From Eledone cirrhosa (taxonomy: Eukaryota), in contig OZ024742.1 of NCBI GenBank assembly GCA_964016885.1, forward strand, positions 24,862,001 through 24,926,000: DNA of 64,000 nt, in the 5' to 3' direction. Shown piece by piece: positions 18,901-36,600 of the stretch; the first letter of the stretch is position 1; each line of letters opens with the position of its first letter. The notes beneath the pieces are model-generated. The model was not told the DNA's origin and did not search any database. It saw only the letters and a list, made by a program, of their open reading frames with translations. Made by a program: the position numbers and the translations under genes.

Positions 18901-19860
18901 CACTCACACACTGACTGAACATACACATACACTCACATACTGACTGAACATACACATACACTCACACACTGACTGAAACATACATATACACTCACACACT
19001 GACTGAACATACACATACACTCACACACTGACTGAACATACACATACACTCACACACTGACTGAACATACACATACACTCACACACTGACTGAACATACA
19101 TATACACTCACACACTGACTGAACATACACATACACTCACACACTGACTGAACATACACATACACTCACACATTAACTGAACATACACATACACTCACAC
19201 ATGACTGAATATACACATACACTCACACACTGACTGAAACATACACATACTCTCACACACTGACTGAACATACACATACACTCACACACTAACTGAACAT
19301 ACATATACACTCACACATTGCCTGAACATACACATACACCCACACACTGACTGAACATACACATACACTCACACACTGACTGAAACATACACATACACTC
19401 ACACACTGACTGAACATACACATACACTCACACACTGACTGAACATACACATACACTCACACACTGACTGAACATACATATACACTCACACATTGACTGA
19501 AACATACACATACACTCACACACTGACTGAACATACACATACACTCACACACTGACTGAACATACACATACACTCACACACTGACTGAACATACACATAC
19601 ACTCACACACTGACTGAATCATACACATACACTCACACACTGACTGAACATACACATACACTCACACATTGACTGAACATACACATACACTCACACACTA
19701 ACTGAACATACACATACACTCACACACTGACTGAACATACACATACACTCACACACTGACTGAACATACACATACACTCACACATTGCCTGAACATACAC
19801 ATACACTCACACACTGACTGAACATACAAATACACTCACACACTGACTGAACATACACAT
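3931..19860. repeat. Near-identical tandem duplication, offset 7950 bp (~3931-11880 / ~11881-19830)
   Basis: Diagnostic variants recur at +7950: ACTGACAC 3961/11911, CACGGTGA 4116/12066, GGCGGAAAC 8089/16039 and 9946/17896, TACAAAT near 11871/19821. The identical spurious ORFs lie at 5908 and 13858. Confidence 0.93.
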
Positions 19861-22460
19861 ACACTCACACACTGACTGAACATACATATACACTCACACA
19901 CTGACTGAACATACACATACACTCACACACTGACTGAACATACACATACACTCACACACTGACTGAACATACACATACACTCACACACTGACTGAACATA
20001 CACATACACTCACACACTGACTGAACATACATATACACTCACACACTGACTGAACATACACATACACTCACACACTGACTGAACATACACATACACTCAC
20101 ACACTGACTGAAACATACACATACACTCACACACTGACTGAACGTACACATACACTCACACACTGACTGAACATACACATACACTCACACACTGACTGAA
20201 CATACATATACACTCACACACTGGCTGAACATACACATACACTCACACATTAACTGAACATACACATACACTCACACATGACTGAACATACACATACACT
20301 CACACACTGACTCAACATACACATACACTCACACACTGACTGAACATACACATACACTCACACACTGACTGAACATACACAAACACTCACACACTAACTG
20401 GACATACACATACACTCACACACTGACTGAACATACACATACACCCACACACTAACTGAACATACACAAACACTTACACACTGACTGAACATATACATAC
20501 ACTCACACACTGACTGAACATACACATACACTCACACACTGACTGAACATACACATATACTCACACACTGACTGAACATACACATACACTCACACACTGA
20601 CTGAACATACTCATACACTCACACACTGACTGAACATACACATACACTCACACACTGACTGAACATACACATACACTCACACACTGACTGAACATACACA
20701 AACACTCACACACTGACTGAACATACACATACACTCACACATTGACTGAACATACACATACACACACACACTGACTGAACATACACATACACTCACACAC
20801 TGACTGAACATACACATACACTGACACACTGACTGAACATACACAAACACTCACACACTGACTGAACATACACATACACTCACACCCTGACTGAACATAC
20901 ACAAAAACTCACACACTGACTGAACATACACAAACAATCACACACTGACTGAACATACACATACACTCACACGGTGACTGAACATACACATACACTCACA
21001 CGCTGACTGAACATACACATACACTCACACACTGACTGAACATACACATACACTCACACACTGGCTGAACATACACATACACTCACACACTGACTGAACA
21101 TACACATACACTCACACACTGGCTGAACATACACATACACTCACACACTGACTGAACATACACATACACTCACACACTGACTGAACATACACAAACACTC
21201 ACACACTGACTGAACATACACAAACACGCACACACTAACTGGACATACACATACACTCACACACTGACTGAACATACACATACACTCACACACTAACTGA
21301 ACATACACAAACACTCACACACTGACTGAACATACACATACACTCACACATTGACTGAACATACACATACACTTACACACTGACTGAACATACACATACA
21401 CTCACACACTGACTGAACATACACATACACTCACACACTGACTGAACATACACATACACTCACACACTGACTGAACATACTCATACACTCACACACTGAC
21501 TGAACATACACATACACTCACACACTGACTGAACATACACATACACTCACACACTGACTGAACATACACAAACACTCACACATTGACTGAACATACACAT
21601 ACACTCACACACTGACTGAACATACACATACACTCACACACTGACTGAACATACACATACACTCACACACTGGTTGAACATACACATACACCCACACACT
21701 GACTGAACATACACATACACTCACACACTGACTGAACATACACATACACTCACACACTGACTGAACATACACATTCACTCACACACTGACTGAACATACA
21801 CATACACTCACACACTGACTGAACATACATATACACTCACACACTGACTGAACATACACATACACTCACACACTGACTGAACATACACATACACTCACAT
21901 ACTGACTGAACATACACATACACTCACACACTGACTGAACATACACATACACTCACACACTGACTGAACATACACATACACTCACACACTAACTGAACAT
22001 AGACATACACTCACACACTGGTTGAACATACACATACACTAACACACTGACTCAACATACACATACACTCACGCACTGACTGAACATACACATACACTCA
22101 CACACTGACTGAACATACACATACACTCACACACTAACTGAACATAGACATACACTCACACACTGGTTGAACATACACATACACTCACACACTGACTGAA
22201 CATACACATACATTCACACACTGACTGAACATACACAAACACTCACACACTAACTGGACATACATATACACTCACAAACTGACTGAACATACACATACAC
22301 TCACACACTAACTGAACATACACAAACACTCACACACTGACTGAACATACACATACACTCACACATTGACTGAACATACACATACACACACACACTGGCT
22401 GAACATACACATACACTCACACACTGACTGAACATACACATACACTCAGACATTGACTGA
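17600..22460. repeat. Third, truncated copy of the ~8.9-kb higher-order unit (matches ~710-5510)
   Basis: GGCGGAAAC 1010/17896 (offset 16886), CACGGTGA 4116/20973 (offset 16857), CTAACTGAACATAGAC 5046/21990 (offset 16944). The offsets differ by multiples of 29. Confidence 0.85.
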
Positions 22461-23289
22461 ACATACACATACACTCACACACTGACTGAACATACACATA
22501 CACTCACACACTGGCGGAAACATACACATACACTCACACACTGACTGAACATACACATACACTCACACATTGACTGAACATACACATACACACACACACT
22601 GGCTGAACATACACATACACTCACACACTGACTGAACATACACATACACTCACACATTGACTGAACATACACAAACACTCACACACTAACTGAACATACA
22701 CATACACTCACACACTGACTGAATATACACATACACTCACACACTGACTGAACATACACATACACTCACACACTGACTGACCATACACATACACTCACAC
22801 ACTGACTGAACATACACATACACTCACACACTGACTGAACATACACATACACTCACACATTGACTGAACATACACAAACACTCACACACTGACTGAACAT
22901 ACACATACACTCACACACTGACTGAACATACACATACACACACACACTGACTGAACAAACACAAACACTCACACACTGACTGAACATACACATACACTCA
23001 CACACTGACTGAACATAGACATACACTCACACACTGGTTGAACATACACATACACTAACACACTGACTCAACATACACATACACTCACACACTGACTGAA
23101 CATACACATACACTCACACACTGGCTGAACATACACATACACTCACACATTGATTGAACATACACATACACTCACACACTGACTGAACATACACATACAC
23201 TCACACACTGACTGAACATACACATACACTGATACACTGACTGAACATACACATACACTCACACACTGACTGAACATACACATACACTC

Positions 23290-24270
23290 ACACACTGACT
23301 GAACATACTCATACACTCATACACTGACTGAACATACACATACACTCACACACTGACTGAACATACACATACACTCACACACTGACTGAACATACTCATA
23401 CACTCACACACTGACTGAACATACACATACACTCACACACTGACTGAACATACACATACACTCACACACTGACTGAACATACACATACACTCATACACTG
23501 ACTGAACATACACATACACTCATACACTGACTGAACATACACATACACTCACACATTAACTGAACATACACATACACTCACACACTGACTGAACATACAC
23601 ATACACTCATACACTGACTGAACATACACATACACTCACACATTAACTGAACATACACATACACTCACACACTGACTGAACATACACATACACTCATACA
23701 CTGACTGAACATACACATACACTCACACACTGACTGAACATACACATACTCTCACACACTGACTGAACATACACATACACTCACACACTGACTGAACATA
23801 CTCATACACTCATACACTGACTGAACATACACATACACTCACACACTGACTGAACATACACATACACTCACACACTGACTGAACATACTCATACACTCAC
23901 ACACTGACTGAACATACACATACACTCACACACTGACTGAACATACACATACACTCACACACTGACTGAACATACACATACACTCATACACTGACTGAAC
24001 ATACACATACACTCATACACTGACTGAACATACACATACACTCACACATTAACTGAACATACACATACACTCACACACTGACTGAACATACACATACACT
24101 CATACACTGACTGAACATACACATACACTCACACATTAACTGAACATACACATACACTCACACACTGACTGAACATACACATACACTCATACACTGACTG
24201 AACATACACATACACTCACACACTGACTGAACATACACATACTCTCACACACTGACTGAACATACACATA
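23290..24270. repeat. Local 493-bp (17-monomer) tandem duplication; also present at ~35190-36170, ~47540-48520 and ~58420-59400
   Basis: ACTCTCAC variant at 23748 and 24241. The run TACTCATACACTCATAC ... CATTAACT is repeated twice. Confidence 0.8.
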
Positions 24271-27200
24271 CACTAACACACTGACTGAACATACACATAC
24301 ACTCACACACTGACTGACCATACACATACACTCACACATTGACTGAACATACAAATACACTCACACACTGACTGAACATACACATACACTCACACATTGA
24401 CTGAACATACACATACACTCACACACTGACTGAACATACACATACACTCACACACTGACTGAACATACACAAACACTCACACATGACTGAACATACACAT
24501 ACACTCACACACTGACTGAACATACACATACACTCACACACTGGCGGAAACATACACATACACTCACACACTGACTGAACATACACATACACTCACACAC
24601 TGACTGAACATACACATACACTCACACACTGACTGAACATACTCATACACTCACACACTGACTGAACATACACATACACTCACACACTGACTGAACATAC
24701 ACATACACTCACACACTGACTGAACATACACATACACTCACACACTGACTGACCATACACATACACTCACACACTGACTGAACATACACATACACTCACA
24801 CATTGACTGAACAAACACATACACTCACACACTGACTGAACATACACATACACTCACACACTGACTGAACATACACATACACTCACACACTGACTGAACA
24901 TACACATACACTCACACACTGACTGAAACATACACATACTCTCACACACTGACTGAACATACACATACAGTCACACACTAACTGAACATACACATACACT
25001 CACACACTGAGTGAACATACACATACACTCACACACTGGCTGAACATACATATACACTCACACACTGACTGAACATGCACATACACTCACACACTGACTG
25101 AACATACATATACACTCACACACTGACTGAACATACACATACACTCACACACTGACTGAACATACAGATACACTCACACATTAACTGAACATACACATAC
25201 ACTCACACATGACTGAACATACACATACACTCACACACTGACTGAAACATACACATACTATCACACACTGACTGAACATACACATACACTCACACACTAA
25301 CTGAACATACACATACACTCACACACTGACTGAACATACACATACACTCACACACTGACTGAACATACACATACACTCAGACACTAACTGAACATACACA
25401 TACACTCACACACTGACTGAACATACACATACACTCACACACTGACTGAACATACACATACACTCACACATTGCCTGAACATACACATACACTCACACAC
25501 TGACTGAACATACACATACACTCACACACTGACTGAACATACATATACACTCACACACTGACTGAACATACACATACACTCACATACTGACTGAACATAC
25601 ACATACACTCACACACTGACTGAAACATACACATACACTCACACACTGACTGAACATACACATACACTCACACACTGACTGAACATACACATACACTCAC
25701 ACACTGACTGAACATACACATACACTCACACACTGACTGAACATACATATACACTCACACACTGACTGAACATACACATACACTCACACACTGACTGAAC
25801 ATACACATACACTCACACACTGACTGAACATACACATACACTCACACACTGACTGAACATACACATACACTCACACACTGACTGAACATACACATACACT
25901 CACACACTAACTGAACATAGACATACACTCACACACTGGTTGAACATACACATACACTAACACACTGACTCAACATACACATACACTCACACACTGACTG
26001 AACATACACATACACTCACACACTGACTGAACATACACATACACTCACACACTAACTGAACATAGACATACACTCACACACTGGTTGAACATACACATAC
26101 ACTAACACACTGACTCAACATACACATACACTCACACACTGACTGAACATACACATACACTCACACACTGGCTGAACATACACATACACTCACACATTGA
26201 TTGAACATACACATACACTCACACACTGACTGAACATACACATACACTCACACACTGACTGAACATACACATACACTGATACACTGACTGAACATACACA
26301 TACACTCACACACTGACTGAACATACACATACACTCACACACTGACTGAACATACTCATACACTCATACACTGACTGAACATACACATACACTCACACAC
26401 TGACTGAACATACACATACACTCACACACTGACTGAACATACTCATACACTCACACACTGACTGAACATACACATACACTCACACACTGACTGAACATAC
26501 ACATACACTCACACACTGACTGAACATACACATACACTCATACACTGACTGAACCTACACATACACTCACACATTAACTGAACATACACATACACTCACA
26601 CACTGACTGAACATACACATACACTCATACACTGACTGAACATACACATACACTCACACATTAACTGAACATACACATACACTCACACACTGACTGAACA
26701 TACACATTCACTCATACACTGACTGAACATACACATACACTCACACACTGACTGAACATACACATACTCTCACACACTGACTGAACATACACATACACTA
26801 ACACACTGACTGAACATACACATACACTCACACACTGACTGACCATACACATACACTCACACATTGACTGAACATACACATACACTCACACACTGACTGA
26901 ACATACACATACACTCACACATTGACTGAACATACACATACACTCACACACTGACTGAACATACACATACACTCACACACTGACTGAACATACACAAACA
27001 CTCACACATGACTGAACATACACATACACTCACACACTGACTGAACATACACATACACTCACACACTGGCGGAAACATACACATACACTCACACACTGAC
27101 TGAACATACACATACACTCACACACTGACTGAACATACACATACACTCACACACTGACTGAACATACTCATACACTCACACACTGACTGAACATACACAT

Positions 27201-29459
27201 ACACTCACACACTGACTGAACATACACATACACTCACACACTGACTGAACATACACATACACTCACACACTGACTGAACATACACATACACTCACACACT
27301 GACTGAACATACACATACACTCACACATTGACTGAACAAACACATACACTCACACACTGACTGAACATACACATACACTCACACACTGACTGAACATACA
27401 CATACACTCACACACTGACTGAACATACACATACACTCACACACTGACTGAACATACACATACACTCACACACTGACTGAAACATACACATACTCTCACA
27501 CACTGACTGAACATACACATACAGTCACACACTAACTGAACATACACATACACTCACACACTGAGTGAACATACACATACACTCACACACTGGCTGAACA
27601 TACATATACACTCACACACTGACTGAACATACACATACACTCACACACTGACTGAACATACATATACACTCACACACTGACTGAACATACACATACACTC
27701 ACACACTGACTGAACATACAGATACACTCACACATTAACTGAACATACACATACACTCACACACTAACTGAACATAGACATACACTCACACACTGGTTGA
27801 ACATACACATACACTCACACACTGACTGAACATACACATACATTCACACACTGACTGAACATACACAAACACTCACACACTAACTGGACATACACATACA
27901 CTCACAAACTGACTGAACATACACATACACTCACACACTAACTGAACATACACAAACACTCACACACTGACTGAACATACACATACACTCACACATTGAC
28001 TGAACATACACATACACACACACACTGGCTGAACATACACATACACTCACACACTGACTGAACATACACATACACTCACACATTGACTGAACATACACAA
28101 ACACTCACACACTAACTGAACATACACATACACTCACACACTGACTGAATATACACATACACTCACACACTGACTGAACATACACATACACTCACACACT
28201 GACTGACCATACACATACACTCACACACTGACTGAACATACACATACACTCACACACTGACTGAACATACACATACACTCACACATTGACTGAACATACA
28301 CAAACACTCACACACTGACTGAACATACACATACACTCACACACTGACTGAACATACACATACACACACACACTGACTGAACAAACACAAACACTCACAC
28401 ACTGACTGAACATACACATACACTCACACACTGACTGAACATAGACATACACTCACACACTGGTTGAACATACACATACACTAACACACTGACTCAACAT
28501 ACACATACACTCACACACTGACTGAACATACACATACACTCACACACTGGCTGAACATACACATACACTCACACATTGATTGAACATACACATACACTCA
28601 CACACTGACTGAACATACACATACACTCACACACTGACTGAACATACACATACACTGATACACTGACTGAACATACACATACACTCACACACTGACTGAA
28701 CATACACATACACTCACACACTGACTGAACATACTCATACACTCATACACTGACTGAACATACACATACACTCACACACTGACTGAACATACACATACAC
28801 TCACACACTGACTGAACATACTCATACACTCACACACTGACTGAACATACACATACACTCACACACTGACTGAACATACACATACACTCACACACTGACT
28901 GAACATACACATACACTCATACACTGACTGAACATACACATACACTCATACACTGACTGAACATACACATACACTCACACATTAACTGAACATACACATA
29001 CACTCACACACTGACTGAACATACACATACACTCATACACTGACTGAACATACACATACACTCACACATTAACTGAACATACACATACACTCACACACTG
29101 ACTGAACATACACATACACTCATACACTGACTGAACATACACATACACTCACACACTGACTGAACATACTCATACACTCACACACTGACTGAACATACAC
29201 ATACACTCACACACTGACTGAACATACACATACACTCACACACTGACTGAACATACACATACACTCACACACTGACTGACCATACACATACACTCACACA
29301 CTGACTGAACATACACATACACTCACACATTGACTGAACAAACACATACACTCACACACTGACTGAACATACACATACACTCACACACTGACTGAACATA
29401 CACATACACTCACACACTGACTGAACATACACATACACTCACACACTGACTGAAACATA

Positions 29460-30620
29460 CACATACTCTCACACACTGACTGAACATACACATACAGTCA
29501 CACACTAACTGAACATACACATACACTCACACACTGAGTGAACATACACATACACTCACACACTGGCTGAACATACATATACACTCACACACTGACTGAA
29601 CATGCACATACACTCACACACTGACTGAACATACATATACACTCACACACTGACTGAACATACACATACACTCACACACTGACTGAACATACAGATACAC
29701 TCACACATTAACTGAACATACACATACACTCACACATGACTGAACATACACATACACTCACACACTGACTGAAACATACACATACTATCACACACTGACT
29801 GAACATACACATACACTCACACACTAACTGAACATACACATACACTCACACACTGACTGAACATACACATACACTCACACACTGACTGAACATACACATA
29901 CACTCAGACACTAACTGAACATACACATACACTCACACACTGACTGAACATACACATACACTCACACACTGACTGAACATACACATACACTCACACATTG
30001 CCTGAACATACACATACACTCACACACTGACTGAACATACACATACTCTCACACACTGACTGAACATACACATACAGTCACACACTAACTGAACATACAC
30101 ATACACTCACACACTGAGTGAACATACACATACACTCACACACTGGCTGAACATACATATACACTCACACACTGACTGAACATGCACATACACTCACACA
30201 CTGACTGAACATACATATACACTCACACACTGACTGAACATACACATACACTCACACACTGACTGAACATACAGATACACTCACACATTAACTGAACATA
30301 CACATACACTCACACATGACTGAACATACACATACACTCACACACTGACTGAAACATACACATACTATCACACACTGACTGAACATACACATACACTCAC
30401 ACACTAACTGAACATACACATACACTCACACACTGACTGAACATACACATACACTCACACACTGACTGAACATACACATACACTCAGACACTAACTGAAC
30501 ATACACATACACTCACACACTGACTGAACATACACATACACTCACACACTGACTGAACATACACATACACTCACACATTGCCTGAACATACACATACACT
30601 CACACACTGACTGAACATAC
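29460..30620. repeat. Local 580-bp (20-monomer) tandem duplication
   Basis: CAGTCAC variant G at 29497 and 30077, each followed by the same series GAGTG, GGCTG, CATGC, CAGAT, CTATC, CTCAGAC, TTGCCT. Confidence 0.85.
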
Positions 30621-33600
30621 ACATACACTCACACACTGACTGAACATACACATACACTCACACACTGACTGAACATACACATACACTCACACACTGACTG
30701 AACATACACATACACTCACACACTAACTGAACATACACAAACACTCACACACTGACTGAACATACACATACACTCACACATTGACTGAACATACACATAC
30801 ACACACACACTGGCTGAACATACACATACACTCACACACTGACTGAACATACACATACACTCACACATTGACTGAACATACACAAACACTCACACACTAA
30901 CTGAACATACACATACACTCACACACTGACTGAATATACACATACACTCACACACTGACTGAACATACACATACACTCACACACTGACTGAACATACACA
31001 TACACTCATACACTGACTGAACATACACATACACTCATACACTGACTGAACATACACATACACTCACACATTAACTGAACATACACATACACTCACACAC
31101 TGACTGAACATACACATACACTCATACACTGACTGAACATACACATACACTCACACATTAACTGAACATACACATACACTCACACACTGACTGAACATAC
31201 ACATACACTCATACACTGACTGAACATACACATACACTCACACATTAACTGAACATACACATACACTCACACACTGACTGAACATACACATACACTCATA
31301 CACTGACTGAACATACACATACACTCACACACTGACTGAACATACACATACTCTCACACACTGACTGAACATACACATACACTAACACACTGACTGAACA
31401 TACACATACACTCACACACTGACTGACCATACACATACACTCACACATTGACTGAACATACAAATACACTCACACACTGACTGAACATACACATACACTC
31501 ACACATTGACTGAACATACACATACACTCACACACTGACTGAACATACACATACACTCACACACTGACTGAACATACACAAACACTCACACATGACTGAA
31601 CATACACATACACTCACACACTGACTGAACATACACATACACTCACACACTGGCGGAAACATACACATACACTCACACACTGACTGAACATACACATACA
31701 CTCACACACTGACTGAACATACACATACACTCACACACTGACTGAACATACTCATACACTCACACACTGACTGAACATACACATACACTCACACACTGAC
31801 TGAACATACACATACACTCACACACTGACTGAACATACACATACACTCACACACTGACTGACCATACACATACACTCACACACTGACTGAACATACACAT
31901 ACACTCACACATTGACTGAACAAACACATACACTCACACACTGACTGAACATACACATACACTCACACACTGACTGAACATACACATACACTCACACACT
32001 GACTGAACATACACATACACTCACACACTGACTGAAACATACACATACTCTCACACACTGACTGAACATACACATACAGTCACACACTAACTGAACATAC
32101 ACATACACTCACACACTGAGTGAACATACACATACACTCACACACTGGCTGAACATACATATACACTCACACACTGACTGAACATGCACATACACTCACA
32201 CACTGACTGAACATACATATACACTCACACACTGACTGAACATACACATACACTCACACACTGACTGAACATACAGATACACTCACACATTAACTGAACA
32301 TACACATACACTCACACATGACTGAACATACACATACACTCACACACTGACTGAAACATACACATACTATCACACACTGACTGAACATACACATACACTC
32401 ACACACTAACTGAACATACACATACACTCACACACTGACTGAACATACACATACACTCACACACTGACTGAACATACACATACACTCAGACACTAACTGA
32501 ACATACACATACACTCACACACTGACTGAACATACACATACACTCACACACTGACTGAACATACACATACACTCACACATTGCCTGAACATACACATACA
32601 CTCACACACTGACTGAACATACACATACACTCACACACTGACTGAACATACATATACACTCACACACTGACTGAACATACACATACACTCACATACTGAC
32701 TGAACATACACATACACTCACACACTGACTGAAACATACACATACACTCACACACTGACTGAACATACACATACACTCACACACTGACTGAACATACACA
32801 TACACTCACACACTGACTGAACATACACATACACTCACACACTGACTGAACATACATATACACTCACACACTGACTGAACATACACATACACTCACACAC
32901 TGACTGAACATACACATACACTCACACACTGACTGAACATACACATACACTCACACACTGACTGAACATACACATACACTCACACACTGACTGAACATAC
33001 ACATACACTCATACACTGACTGAACCTACACATACACTCACACATTAACTGAACATACACATACACTCACACACTGACTGAACATACACATACACTCATA
33101 CACTGACTGAACATACACATACACTCACACATTAACTGAACATACACATACACTCACACACTGACTGAACATACACATTCACTCATACACTGACTGAACA
33201 TACACATACACTCACACACTGACTGAACATACACATACTCTCACACACTGACTGAACATACACATACACTAACACACTGACTGAACATACACATACACTC
33301 ACACACTGACTGACCATACACATACACTCACACATTGACTGAACATACACATACACTCACACACTGACTGAACATACACATACACTCACACATTGACTGA
33401 ACATACACATACACTCACACACTGACTGAACATACACATACACTCACACACTGACTGAACATACACAAACACTCACACATGACTGAACATACACATACAC
33501 TCACACACTGACTGAACATACACATACACTCACACACTGGCGGAAACATACACATACACTCACACACTGACTGAACATACACATACACTCACACACTGAC

Positions 33601-36600
33601 TGAACATACACATACACTCACACACTGACTGAACATACTCATACACTCACACACTGACTGAACATACACATACACTCACACACTGACTGAACATACACAT
33701 ACACTCACACACTGACTGAACATACACATACACTCACACACTGACTGAACATACACATACACTCACACACTGACTGAACATACACATACACTCACACATT
33801 GACTGAACAAACACATACACTCACACACTGACTGAACATACACATACACTCACACACTGACTGAACATACACATACACTCACACACTGACTGAACATACA
33901 CATACACTCACACACTGACTGAACATACACATACACTCACACACTGACTGAAACATACACATACTCTCACACACTGACTGAACATACACATACAGTCACA
34001 CACTAACTGAACATACACATACACTCACACACTGAGTGAACATACACATACACTCACACACTGGCTGAACATACATATACACTCACACACTGACTGAACA
34101 TACACATACACTCACACACTGACTGAACATACATATACACTCACACACTGACTGAACATACACATACACTCACACACTGACTGAACATACAGATACACTC
34201 ACACATTAACTGAACATACACATACACTCACACACTAACTGAACATAGACATACACTCACACACTGGTTGAACATACACATACACTCACACACTGACTGA
34301 ACATACACATACATTCACACACTGACTGAACATACACAAACACTCACACACTAACTGGACATACACATACACTCACAAACTGACTGAACATACACATACA
34401 CTCACACACTAACTGAACATACACAAACACTCACACACTGACTGAACATACACATACACTCACACATTGACTGAACATACACATACACACACACACTGGC
34501 TGAACATACACATACACTCACACACTGACTGAACATACACATACACTCACACATTGACTGAACATACACAAACACTCACACACTAACTGAACATACACAT
34601 ACACTCACACACTGACTGAATATACACATACACTCACACACTGACTGAACATACACATACACTCACACACTGACTGACCATACACATACACTCACACACT
34701 GACTGAACATACACATACACTCACACACTGACTGAACATACACATACACTCACACATTGACTGAACATACACAAACACTCACACACTGACTGAACATACA
34801 CATACACTCACACACTGACTGAACATACACATACACACACACACTGACTGAACAAACACAAACACTCACACACTGACTGAACATACACATACACTCACAC
34901 ACTGACTGAACATAGACATACACTCACACACTGGTTGAACATACACATACACTAACACACTGACTCAACATACACATACACTCACACACTGACTGAACAT
35001 ACACATACACTCACACACTGGCTGAACATACACATACACTCACACATTGATTGAACATACACATACACTCACACACTGACTGAACATACACATACACTCA
35101 CACACTGACTGAACATACACATACACTGATACACTGACTGAACATACACATACACTCACACACTGACTGAACATACACATACACTCACACACTGACTGAA
35201 CATACTCATACACTCATACACTGACTGAACATACACATACACTCACACACTGACTGAACATACACATACACTCACACACTGACTGAACATACTCATACAC
35301 TCACACACTGACTGAACATACACATACACTCACACACTGACTGAACATACACATACACTCACACACTGACTGAACATACACATACACTCATACACTGACT
35401 GAACATACACATACACTCATACACTGACTGAACATACACATACACTCACACATTAACTGAACATACACATACACTCACACACTGACTGAACATACACATA
35501 CACTCATACACTGACTGAACATACACATACACTCACACATTAACTGAACATACACATACACTCACACACTGACTGAACATACACATACACTCATACACTG
35601 ACTGAACATACACATACACTCACACACTGACTGAACATACACATACTCTCACACACTGACTGAACATACACATACACTCACACACTGACTGAACATACTC
35701 ATACACTCATACACTGACTGAACATACACATACACTCACACACTGACTGAACATACACATACACTCACACACTGACTGAACATACTCATACACTCACACA
35801 CTGACTGAACATACACATACACTCACACACTGACTGAACATACACATACACTCACACACTGACTGAACATACACATACACTCATACACTGACTGAACATA
35901 CACATACACTCATACACTGACTGAACATACACATACACTCACACATTAACTGAACATACACATACACTCACACACTGACTGAACATACACATACACTCAT
36001 ACACTGACTGAACATACACATACACTCACACATTAACTGAACATACACATACACTCACACACTGACTGAACATACACATACACTCATACACTGACTGAAC
36101 ATACACATACACTCACACACTGACTGAACATACACATACTCTCACACACTGACTGAACATACACATACACTAACACACTGACTGAACATACACATACACT
36201 CACACACTGACTGACCATACACATACACTCACACATTGACTGAACATACAAATACACTCACACACTGACTGAACATACACATACACTCACACATTGACTG
36301 AACATACACATACACTCACACACTGACTGAACATACACATACACTCACACACTGACTGAACATACACAAACACTCACACATGACTGAACATACACATACA
36401 CTCACACACTGACTGAACATACACATACACTCACACACTGGCGGAAACATACACATACACTCACACACTGACTGAACATACACATACACTCACACACTGA
36501 CTGAACATACACATACACTCACACACTGACTGAACATACTCATACACTCACACACTGACTGAACATACACATACACTCACACACTGACTGAACATACACA

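Noticed and set aside
22475-22678. 67-aa Cys/Val-rich ORF
   Set aside because: Same artefact: CTCAC>CACAC and a +A monomer remove in-frame stops by chance. The Cys spacing is not evidence of a metallothionein or zinc finger.
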